DNA from: Desulfotalea psychrophila LSv54
GTDB lineage: Bacteria > Desulfobacterota > Desulfobulbia > Desulfobulbales > Desulfocapsaceae
Direction of reading: 5' to 3'
Length of the DNA stretch: 32,000 nucleotides
NCBI RefSeq assembly: GCF_000025945.1
Contig: NC_006138.1
Span: forward strand, 2,460,001-2,492,000
The stretch's first letter is position 1, and each line of letters begins with the position of its first letter. Positions 19,036 through 26,889 of the stretch are shown here, piece by piece. The notes beneath the pieces were generated by a model. The model did not search any database and was not told the origin of the DNA. It saw only the letters and a program-made list of their open reading frames with translations. A program made the translations under genes and the position numbers.

Positions 19036-19313
19036 AGTGAATATTTGTGAAGAGTAGAACAGCTGGCAGGGGCAAAACAGACTCCTTCTCAATACAGCCT
19101 TTGTCCTTCTCTGTGCGGGCATCCTGAGAGCACCGGAGAAGAGCTCCCCTGCCCATGGACAGCGATCACAAACGCTTCTACAGCATGGAAAAGAAGGAGG
19201 CCGAGCAGCACTGTATGTCGTGCCATGGACCTGCCAAGGAAAGCCCCCTCCCCGCCGAACATCCGTCAAAGTTTCGTTGCCTCTTCTGCCACACTCGGCC
19301 GGTGGAGAAATAG
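19036..19313 (+). pseudogene. Decayed paralogue of the small double-CxxCH protein gene (1658..1942)
   Basis: 5' part frameshifted and shortened; 19155..19313 still reads MDSDHKRFYSMEKKEAEQHCMSCHGPAKESPLPAEHPSKFRCLFCHTRPVEK*. Confidence 0.85.
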
Positions 19314-19336
19314 CTATGACGATAGCTGTCAGTTAT

Positions 19337-19362
19337 CAGCTGTCAGCTGTCAGCTGTCAGCT
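19337..19362. repeat. 7-bp tandem repeat (CAGCTGT)3.7
   Basis: CAGCTGT CAGCTGT CAGCTGT CAGCT. Confidence 0.85.
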
Positions 19363-19382
19363 AAAAGAAGAAAAAGAAAACA

Positions 19383-19421
19383 GCAGTTAACCACAGAGGG
19401 CACAGAGAACACAGAGGAAAT
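19383..19421. repeat. Dispersed CACAGAG-type repeat
   Basis: GTTAACCACAGAGGGCACAGAGAACACAGAGG. Confidence 0.75.
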
Positions 19422-19497
19422 TAATTAAAAAGCACAGAAAAACAGGACTTGCTGGAGATTATAGCTTAATCGCGGAATGGCGAGTTCAAAAGAAAAG

Positions 19498-19547
19498 CAG
19501 TTAACCACTGCTTAGAGGACACAGAGGGGGAAATATTTAAACTGCTC
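19498..19547. repeat. Dispersed CACAGAG-type repeat, second copy
   Basis: AGTTAACCACTGCTTAGAGGACACAGAGGGGGAAATATTTAAACTGCT; the 3' half matches the copy at 22355. Confidence 0.75.
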
Positions 19548-19805
19548 AAATGGAGAAAAGAGCATAACTGAGCTGTAGTAGCCCTTGCTGATCAACTCGA
19601 TTTATCCCCTCTTACAAAAGATCCATGCCCTTCACTGCCTTTTCTTACATCCCCGTTTCACTGCTCCCCTGCCTACGGTAACTTCAAATTATGCTATTGC
19701 AGTTCCTGACAGTTCATAACTAATAACTCGCCCATTCCGCTACGCGTCACTGCTAAAACTGATAGCTTGCCATTCAGCTAACATTTCACTCCTACAGCTG
19801 ACACC

Positions 19806-20109
19806 TTTTTTCAACGTGTTGCTTGAGAGCGTTTTTAACTTTTTAGGAATAGGGATGGTGTTGAGTGCTTGTTTCTGGGTACATCAGAGACCTTCCTCTT
19901 TGATGCTAGGTAACAGAGGAATCCTTGTACCTCTTTTGTGCCCATATTCTTTGGGGTGGTCTGCATACTTGTAGTGCTGTAAATATCTGATGACCCAAGA
20001 GTAGTAGCTTCTCTCTGTGGTGAATGAGTAGTAGTGAAAGCGCAAAATCTCCTGCACCTGTCCCACAAGTTTTAAGTTAGGATTAGGGGGAATCAAGCTT
20101 GCTTTTCAT
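19806..20109 (-). pseudogene. Integron integrase (IntI-like) N-terminal remnant with frameshifts and an internal deletion
   Basis: Minus strand: NPNLKLVGQVQEILRFHYYSFTTERSYYSWVIRYLQHYKYADHPKE|MGTKEVQGFLCYLASKRKVS, matching the IntI N-terminal layout (LDQVREVLRLxHYSxRTExSYVxWIRRFI..HPxxMGxxEVxxFLxxLAxxRxVS), then joined to IPIPKKLKT. RBS GGAGGCAAAG precedes ATG at 20109. Confidence 0.8.
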
Positions 20110-20193
20110 CTTTGCCTCCTCTATATTCAGATCTGCAGAAAAAAAGAGGTACTATAAAAGTAATATGCCGAAATTTTTCTACTTATCAACACT

Positions 20194-20200
20194 GTTAGCT
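20194..20200 (+). promoter_or_regulatory. Putative attI core / first-cassette junction (GTTAGCT)
   Basis: GTTRRRY-like core located upstream of the intI remnant start, 39 bp before the first cassette gene. Confidence 0.5.
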
Positions 20201-20232
20201 TGATTTTCATACTATTGGTTACTTTATAAATT

Positions 20233-21009
20233 ATGCAAAAAAATAAAACATATAGAAATGTTAGATTTAGAACAGATGCGCTGAAAGAGGCTTATAAGAA
20301 GCTTTCGGAATTTGCCGTGCAAAATGAGCTAGAAATAGATTGCGTAATATTATCAGTTGAGCATGATGACTCTGAATGGCACTATGATACTCAAGACGAA
20401 TTCTTTTCAGATTATAGAAAGTATCAAAACTCTGCATCTTTTCGACATTGGTGTAATAAGTTGTCCGTTCATGTAAATGTTTCTCCAACTTATACAGTAA
20501 TCGAAGTCAGTAGTAGTGATAGGGCTTTTATATATAGTATTTTTGAAATATTTGAAAAATACGCCACAGAAGATTATGTTACGCCTTCTCCTGAACTTGA
20601 AGAAAATCTGACAGTTTTTATCGGTCATGGTGGATCAAGCCAATGGCGGGATTTAAAAGATCATCTCCAAGATAAGCACAATATAAAGATTGAAGCATAC
20701 GAAACTGGTGCTAGGGCTGGTCACACGATCAGAGACATTCTTGAAGATATGGTTAATAACAGTACATTTGCTTTGTTGGTAATGACAGCCGAAGATGAAC
20801 AAGACACAGGCCAATTGAGAGCAAGGCAAAATGTAATCCATGAAATCGGTTTGTTTCAAGGGAGGTTAGGGTTTAATCGGGCTATTGTTTTAATGGAAAA
20901 TTCAACCGAAGAATTTTCTAATATTGCAGGTGTCCAACAAATTCGATATAGCAACATTACTGAAACTTTTGGTGAAGTACTCGCAACCATCAAGCGTGAG
21001 TTTAATTAA
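20233..21009 (+). CDS. Uncharacterised N-terminal domain fused to a TIR-like domain of the CAP12/Pycsar-effector type; putative anti-phage or toxin NADase; integron gene cassette
   Basis: C-terminal LTVFIGHGGSSQWRDLKDHLQDKHNIKIEAYETGARAGHTIRDILEDMVNNSTFALLVMTAEDEQDTGQLRARQNVIHEIGLFQGRLGFNRAIVLMEN..EEFSNIAGVQQIRYS. The RARQNVIxExGxFxGxLG motif is characteristic. Confidence 0.85.
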   Translation: MQKNKTYRNVRFRTDALKEAYKKLSEFAVQNELEIDCVILSVEHDDSEWHYDTQDEFFSDYRKYQNSASFRHWCNKLSVHVNVSPTYTVIEVSSSDRAFIYSIFEIFEKYATEDYVTPSPELEENLTVFIGHGGSSQWRDLKDHLQDKHNIKIEAYETGARAGHTIRDILEDMVNNSTFALLVMTAEDEQDTGQLRARQNVIHEIGLFQGRLGFNRAIVLMENSTEEFSNIAGVQQIRYSNITETFGEVLATIKREFN

Positions 21010-21107
21010 GTTAACAAGGCAATTAAACGGAAAATTTACAGTTGGCTGTTTTTCGTTCCTCAAACATTATAGCCAACTATAATTTTCCGCTTAGTGCGGC
21101 GTTATAT
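21010..21107 (+). repeat. attC recombination site
   Basis: GTTAACAAGGCAATTAAACGGAAAATTTACAGTTGGCT ... AGCCAACTATAATTTTCCGCTTAGTGCGGCGTTATAT; imperfect inverted halves (CGGAAAATT..AGTTGGCT), with terminal TTAACAA...GCGGCGTTAT cores as in VCR-like attC sites. Confidence 0.85.
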
Positions 21108-21892
21108 TCAAAAACAATAGGCCTCTGTGGATAAAGAACTTCATGGTGTTTTTGTTGTTGTTGGATGATCACCGCCTGGCCTGGAAACTCCGACAGTACT
21201 GTCCCCTGAAAATGCAACGGTTTCAGGTCGACAATCCCCAAAAAGCAGGCACCTCTCTGGGCCATTATAGTGATATGAGCGAATTGGATGAGTATATCCG
21301 AGAGGCCCTACCTCCCAAGGAGCTGCGCTGTGCAGAAGATGGCCATAATAGAGAGGCCCATAAAATCAACAATGACTACCAGCATCGCCAAGATGTGCGA
21401 GAACGAGGCTCGGAAAAGATCTTTAAAAAATATGAGGCCACAGGAAAGTTAGATAAATACGAGACAATTTGTGACGACGACCTTCTCCTCTTAGAGCTGA
21501 TCCAAGACTCTCTCATCCAAAAGATATGTGATAAAGAGATCATCATCGAAACCAATCCCACCTCCAATGTCTATATCTCATTTTTGGGTGATCATGCCGA
21601 GCATCCCATATTCCGCTGGCATCCTATTAACAGGGAAGACTTGAATACAGGTGCTCGCTTCAACCCCCATGGCCTGCGAACCAGCAAGGCCAAGGTCTGT
21701 ATAAACACCGATGATCCGGCCATCTTTGTCACCAGTCTGCCCAATGAGTATGATCTTCTTAAGAATGCCGCACTTTCGAAGCATTCTCATAATCAGGAAG
21801 AGGTTGAGGTGTGGTTGGAGGGGATTCGTAAGACAGGCCTCGATATCTTTGACTACGACCATCTGGAGCATGAGTATAGTAAGATTCAATGA
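21095..21892 (+). pseudogene. Adenosine-deaminase-like metal-dependent hydrolase, C-terminal fragment (N-terminus lost at the attC boundary)
   Basis: Annotated ORF 21143..21892; IIIETNPTSNVYISFLGDHAEHPIFRW..RFNPHGLRTSKAKVCINTDDPAIFVTSLPNEYDLLKNAAL matches the ADA-superfamily pattern CPTSN..HP..INTDDP..F.TSL..EY. Lacks the N-terminal HxH region. Confidence 0.7.
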
Positions 21893-21903
21893 GTTACTGA
21901 CAG

Positions 21904-21940
21904 CTACCAGCTATAGCAGTGGAGCGTAGCGAAATGGCGA
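21904..21940. repeat. Dispersed repeat AGCTATAGCAGTGGAGCGTAGCGAAATGGCGAGCT
   Basis: Near-identical to 1966..2000. Confidence 0.8.
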
Positions 21941-22075
21941 GCTATCAGCTAAAAGCTGTCAGTAGCAGCAAAGCGTAGCGAAGTGGCGAAAAACAAAAGT
22001 ACCAGAGCAGGCACCTGCAAAGCCTGACCTGGAGACAAAATGCTCCTTACAGGTCTCTGCAAAGGCTCTCTCAGC

Positions 22076-22243
22076 AATAAAGTAGCCCTTGCGGGTTCAC
22101 GCAAGGGCTGTCGGAGCAATAAAATGGTCTTTGCGGGTTCATGCAAGGGCTGTCGGAGCAATAAAACGGCCTTTGCAGGTTCATGCAAGGGCTGTCCGCT
22201 TAATAAGTTAGCCTTTGCGGGTTTGCGCAAGGGTGTTTTATTA
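22076..22243. repeat. 42-bp tandem repeat array (3 clear units plus a degenerate fourth and flanking fragments), each with an internal hairpin
   Basis: AATAAAGTAGCCCTTGCGGGTTCACGCAAGGGCTGTCGGAGC (22076..22117), AATAAAATGGTCTTTGCGGGTTCATGCAAGGGCTGTCGGAGC (22118..22159), AATAAAACGGCCTTTGCAGGTTCATGCAAGGGCTGTCCGCTT (22160..22201). Confidence 0.9.
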
Positions 22244-22350
22244 GTTTTGCGGATCTCTGCAAGGTGTTTTATTAGTTTAGGGCTTTGCGGGCTTCTGCAA
22301 GAGGGGGATCGCACGGAGCTGAGCACCGGAGAAGTTGGCGAAAACCGAAA

Positions 22351-22412
22351 AGAAGTTAACCACAGAGAGCACTGAGAACACAGAGGGAAGAATATTTAAA
22401 CTGCTAAAAAAC
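22351..22412. repeat. Dispersed CACAGAG-type repeat, third copy
   Basis: AGAAGTTAACCACAGAGAGCACTGAGAACACAGAGGGAAGAATATTTAAACTGCT. Confidence 0.8.
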
Positions 22413-22533
22413 TACAGGAAAGATAAGGTCATAGGTGTTTCAACAATAGAGTCTTTGCGGGCGAGACAGGCGGCCCAGGATAAAGCCGAGTGTTACGAGT
22501 GGGCAGGACGGATTTACCGAGTAGCTTTAGAAA

Positions 22534-22650
22534 TTAAGCACAGAGGACACTGAGAGAAAAGCATAGTTGATCTGTTCCAGCCCCTACGAAGTAATCCTTT
22601 TTTTTCATCCTACAAAACTCTGTGTTCTCTGTGTTCTCTGTGGTAAATGT
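22534..22650. repeat. CACAGAG-type repeats in opposite orientations
   Basis: TTAAGCACAGAGGACACTGAGAG (22534..) and inverted CTCTGTGTTCTCTGTGTTCTCTGTGGTAAAT (about 22619..22650). Confidence 0.75.
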
Positions 22651-22691
22651 TTTTTAGCCTGCCGGGACAGAGTCCCGGCAGGTTAATACTT

Positions 22692-25295
22692 TTAGAGCAA
22701 CTTGCTTACCACCTCGTGAACATCCGTTGAGAGATTTTCGGTGGCCAGAACCCGTTGCATCTCTTCTTTGGCGCGGAGTTGATGCGTCTCATCATATTTG
22801 CGCCAGCCGGTAAAGGCCGATGAGAGTCGGGCGGCTATTTGAGGGTTTGCCCTGTGCAGGGCAATGATATTATCGGCCAGAAAGGCGTAGCCGGCTCCGC
22901 TGACATCGTGGAAGCAGAGATGGTTATTGTTGGCAAAAAAGCCAATAAGGGCTCGGACCTTATTGGGGTTGGCCATGGAGAACTGAGGGTCTTTCATCAG
23001 TTTCTTCACTTGAGTCAGGGTATCCCCCACGGTTGATCCTGCTTGAATGGCAAACCACTTATCCATGACCAGAGGGTCTGCCTGCCACTTGTTGTAAAAA
23101 TCGGCAAGTAACTCCTTCTTAAGGGGAGATTCCGTATCAACCATGGCGGCCAGGGCGGCGATGGCATCGCTCATATTGGTTGCGCTATGGTACTGGTCGG
23201 CACAGGTCTGCCACCAGTCGGACATGGTTACTAAATAGGGCAGTACCGCATTTTTTATTGCCCTTCGTCCCATGGCGGCAGGAGTTATGGAGTAGGTTGT
23301 CTCTTCCTGATTCTCTCGATAGACCCTGGCCAAATCGTCTTGGCACTGTCGGGCAATCTCACTACGGACAAAGTCATGGGCCCTATGCAGATTCTCCACA
23401 TCTACCTGCGCCATCAGGGAGGCTAGATAACGTTCTTCGGGGAGACGAATGGCCTGGGCCACCAGGCTCTGGTCACCAACTGCCCGCAGATTTGCCTGCA
23501 TGGCCTCAACAAAGGCAGGTTTAAGGGTCAAAGTCTCACCTCTTTGCAACTGGTCCACCACCCTGAGAATGGTTTTAATGGTGAGGCGTTGACTTGCATC
23601 CCAGCGATTAAAGAGATCGCTGTCGTGGGCCATGAGAAAGACCAACTCGGCAGAGGGTTGAAATGGCTTAACTCGTACCGGGGCAGAGAAGCCGCGGAGG
23701 AAAGAGAGGACAGGCTTTTCCTTGATACCTTCAAAGAGAAAACACTGCTCAGTCTCCTTAAGATGGAGCACCCTGGTACCCTCGGCCAGCAGATCCTGGC
23801 CGTTTTCTCCAAGCAGACCCACCGCTACGGGAATATGAAAGGGGGCCTTGCTCTCCTGGCCCGGGGTGGGAGGACAGGTCTGGCGAATATAGAGACGATA
23901 GGTCTCCTCGTTGTTATTCCACTCTTCCTTCACCTCAAGACATGGGGTACCTGCCTGGGAGTACCAGTTACGAAAGAGGAGAAGATCAACGCCGGAGGCA
24001 TCCTCCATTGCTGCCACAAAATCATCGCAGGTTACGGCCTGACCATCGTGACGGACAAAATAGAGGTCCATGCCGGCCCGAAATTTCTCTGCCCCCAGCA
24101 GGGTATGGATCATGCGGATCACTTCGGCGCCCTTATTATAGACGGTGGCCGTATAAAAATTATTTATCTCCACATAGGCATCGGGACGAATGGGATGGGC
24201 CATGGCCCCGGCATCCTCCTTGAACTGATGGTCGCGCAGGACTTTGACATCGTCAATGCGCTGAACGGGCCGTGAGTTCATATCCGAGGAGAACTCCTGA
24301 TCGCGAAATACGGTCAGTCCTTCTTTAAGGCTGAGCTGAAACCAATCACGACAGGTCACCCTGTTACCGGTCCAGTTATGAAAATATTCATGGGCGATAA
24401 CACCTTCAATCCCCAGATAATCGCGATCGGTGGCTGTTTCGGGCAGGGCCAGGACATATTTGGAGTTAAAGACATTGAGGCCCTTATTCTCCATGGCCCC
24501 CATATTAAAATCATCCACGGCCACAATCATAAAAATATCAAGATCATACTCAAGACCAAAAACATCCTCGTCCCACTTCATTGCTTTTTTCAGGGAGACC
24601 ATGGCGTGGTCACACTTTGTCTTGTTTCGTTCTTCAACAAATATCTTCAGGGCTACTTCTCGACCGAAACGAGTGGTAAAACTCTCCTCAATGGCAACAA
24701 GCTCACCTGCCACCAGGGCAAAGAGATAGGATGGTTTGGGGTGTGGATCCTGCCAAAGGGCAAAGTGTCTGCCGCCTTCAAGTTCACCTGCATCTATCCT
24801 GTTGCCATTTGAGAGCATTACGGGACAGGCCTTTTTGTCGGCTTCGATACGGGTGGTAAAGGGGGCAAGGACACAGGGACGATCAGGATAGTAGGTAATC
24901 TTGCGAAAGCCCTCTGCCTCACACTGAGTGCAGTAATTACCGTTTGTTCTATACAGTCCCTCAAGAGAGGTGTTCTTATCCGGATAGATCTCAGTCACCA
25001 ACCGGAGTATAAAATTTTCTGGTACATCTGCAATACGCAGGAACTTATCCGTTTGCTCATAGTCGTTTTTATTAAGAGTGCGACCATCAAGGGCGACCTC
25101 CTTAAGAAGAAGCTCTTCACCGAGCAGGAGAAGACCCTCGGCAGGGTTCCCATCCGGGTTTTGTCTGTAGGATACCGTGGCTGTAACCACGGCTCTCTCT
25201 GCAAAGAGTTGGAACAACAGCTCAGTTTTTTCCACTAAAAAGGCGGGGGAGGTATAATCTTTTCTATAAATTGTCTCATGCTCTGGAGATTGCAT
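22692..25295 (-). CDS. pepN: Aminopeptidase N (M1 family)
   Basis: 867 aa; GAMENKGLNVFN and VIAHEYFHNWTGNRVTCRDWFQLSLKEGLTVFRDQEF. Confidence 0.96.
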   Translation of the reverse strand: MQSPEHETIYRKDYTSPAFLVEKTELLFQLFAERAVVTATVSYRQNPDGNPAEGLLLLGEELLLKEVALDGRTLNKNDYEQTDKFLRIADVPENFILRLVTEIYPDKNTSLEGLYRTNGNYCTQCEAEGFRKITYYPDRPCVLAPFTTRIEADKKACPVMLSNGNRIDAGELEGGRHFALWQDPHPKPSYLFALVAGELVAIEESFTTRFGREVALKIFVEERNKTKCDHAMVSLKKAMKWDEDVFGLEYDLDIFMIVAVDDFNMGAMENKGLNVFNSKYVLALPETATDRDYLGIEGVIAHEYFHNWTGNRVTCRDWFQLSLKEGLTVFRDQEFSSDMNSRPVQRIDDVKVLRDHQFKEDAGAMAHPIRPDAYVEINNFYTATVYNKGAEVIRMIHTLLGAEKFRAGMDLYFVRHDGQAVTCDDFVAAMEDASGVDLLLFRNWYSQAGTPCLEVKEEWNNNEETYRLYIRQTCPPTPGQESKAPFHIPVAVGLLGENGQDLLAEGTRVLHLKETEQCFLFEGIKEKPVLSFLRGFSAPVRVKPFQPSAELVFLMAHDSDLFNRWDASQRLTIKTILRVVDQLQRGETLTLKPAFVEAMQANLRAVGDQSLVAQAIRLPEERYLASLMAQVDVENLHRAHDFVRSEIARQCQDDLARVYRENQEETTYSITPAAMGRRAIKNAVLPYLVTMSDWWQTCADQYHSATNMSDAIAALAAMVDTESPLKKELLADFYNKWQADPLVMDKWFAIQAGSTVGDTLTQVKKLMKDPQFSMANPNKVRALIGFFANNNHLCFHDVSGAGYAFLADNIIALHRANPQIAARLSSAFTGWRKYDETHQLRAKEEMQRVLATENLSTDVHEVVSKLL

Positions 25296-25625
25296 ATCTA
25301 TCCTTTATCTATATTATTCATACAAAACATGTACCCTTCATCCCGTCAAATCAAGCTTGCCCTCTTTCGTTCTCTTTTTTTCTTTAAAAAAAGAATTTTC
25401 AGCAAACAAATATAAAAAAAACAGACAAAAACACGGGTTGAACGACAGAAATCAGTTGACACATGAACCGCGAAAATTATATCTTATCTAAAAAGAGAAT
25501 GTGACCCCATGGGGTCTTTACTTCTCAAACACCATGACTAGATTGTGCCATCTTATATAAAATATAAGACGCCTTTTTCGAACCTATCTGGCAACAATCA
25601 TTGTAAGAAAACTTTAGAGGATGAC

Positions 25626-26848
25626 ATGATAACAATCAATGAAAATTATTTAAAGCTCCAAGCCTCATACCTTTTTTCCGATATTGCAAAAAGAGTTGCT
25701 ACCTTCCAGGAAGAAAACCCTGAAAAAGAGGTTATTAAACTTGGTATCGGTGATGTTACCAGGGGTCTCACCCCAAGCGTTATTGCCGCATTCCACCAGG
25801 CCGTTGACGAGATGGCAAATGACAGCACCTTTCACGGCTATGGCCCCGAGCAGGGATATGCCTTTTTACGGGAGGCCATAGCTGAAAATGACTTCCAGAG
25901 CCGTGGGGCGGGTATCGTAGCCGATGAGATCTTTGTCAGTGATGGTGCCAAATGCGACACCAGTAATATTCAGGAGATATTCTCTGCCGAGACAAAAATT
26001 GCCATCCCTGATCCCGTATACCCTGTATATCTCGACACCAATGTTATGGCAGGACGCACCGGACTCTTTGCCGATGGCAGATATCAAAATATCGTCTACC
26101 TTGACTCCACCAAGGAGAACAACTTTGTCCCGGAACTTCCTACGGAAAAGGTTGATCTGATCTATCTCTGCTTCCCCAACAACCCTACAGGTTCCACCAT
26201 CACCAAGGCTGGCCTGAAAAGATGGGTTGACTATGCCATAGAGAACAAGGCCCTGATCCTCTTTGATGCAGCCTACGAGGCCTTTATCCAGGACGATACC
26301 CTGCCAAAGTCCATCTATGAAATAGAGGGCGCTGACAAGGTTGCCATTGAGTTTCGTTCTTTTTCTAAGAATGCAGGCTTCACCGGCACCCGCTGTGCCT
26401 ATACCGTTGTACCCAAGGCCTGTATGGCCTACGACAGCGAGGGTAACAGCCACTCCCTGCACAGTATGTGGAACAGACGCCACTGCACCAAGTTCAACGG
26501 GGTAAGTTACCCTATTCAACGGGCCGCTGCCGCCACATATACCCCCGAGGGCAAGGCTGAATGCAAAGAGCTCATCGATTACTATATGGCCAATGCCAAG
26601 GTTGTCTGTCAAACCATGACAAGCTGGGCTACTCCTATGTGGGCGGAGAAAACTCTCCCTATATCTGGATTGATGGTAAAACAGATTCCTGGGAGTTCTT
26701 TGATATGCTCCTCAGCAAGGCGGGGGTTGTCTGTACCCCGGGAGCAGGATTTGGCACCTGCGGAAATGGCTATATTCGCATTTCCGCCTTCAACAGCCCG
26801 GAAAATATAGAGAAGGCAATGGCAAGAATCACTGAAGCTCTCTCCTAG
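25626..26848 (+). pseudogene. dapL: LL-diaminopimelate aminotransferase, apparent single-base frameshift near 26625
   Basis: [54 protein letters not shown]..; ORF 25545..26810 leaves the correct frame after CQTMTS and the remainder ([42 protein letters not shown]..) is in the next frame. Confidence 0.85.
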
Positions 26849-26889
26849 AAAGAGAAAAGGCGATAGAGAAAATCTCTATCGCCTTTTTA

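Larger units (their letters stand above)
18985..19860 (+). repeat. Second copy of the segment 1590..2109 (segmental duplication, diverged, with inserted repeats)
   Basis: CAGTAAAATTATAAAGATTGATACCGTGGAAATGGCCGGGACATCAAAAAAGTGA matches 1591..1651, then the CxxCH gene, then the GCGTAG..GGAATGGCGAG repeat and TTTTTTCAACGTGTTGCTTGAGAGCG in the same order. Confidence 0.88.

Noticed and set aside
22076-22310. Possible CRISPR array
   Set aside because: The 42-bp units are contiguous with no variable spacers, degenerate toward both ends, and there are no cas genes.
21949-22326. 125-aa minus-strand ORF and 111-aa plus-strand ORF (22040..22375)
   Set aside because: Both are translations of the 42-bp repeat on opposite strands with no RBS or known domain; best explained by the repeat period being a multiple of 3.
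22335-22553. 72-aa ORF MAKTEKKLTTESTENTEG...
   Set aside because: A classic spurious ORF produced by the CACAGAG-type repeats.
23544-24275. 243-aa plus-strand ORF inside pepN
   Set aside because: Antisense shadow of aminopeptidase N.
25456-25483. Possible sigma70 promoter TTGACA-N16-TATATC upstream of dapL
   Set aside because: Plausible, but a single match with a suboptimal spacer and -10 in AT-rich DNA is not strong enough to list as a feature.
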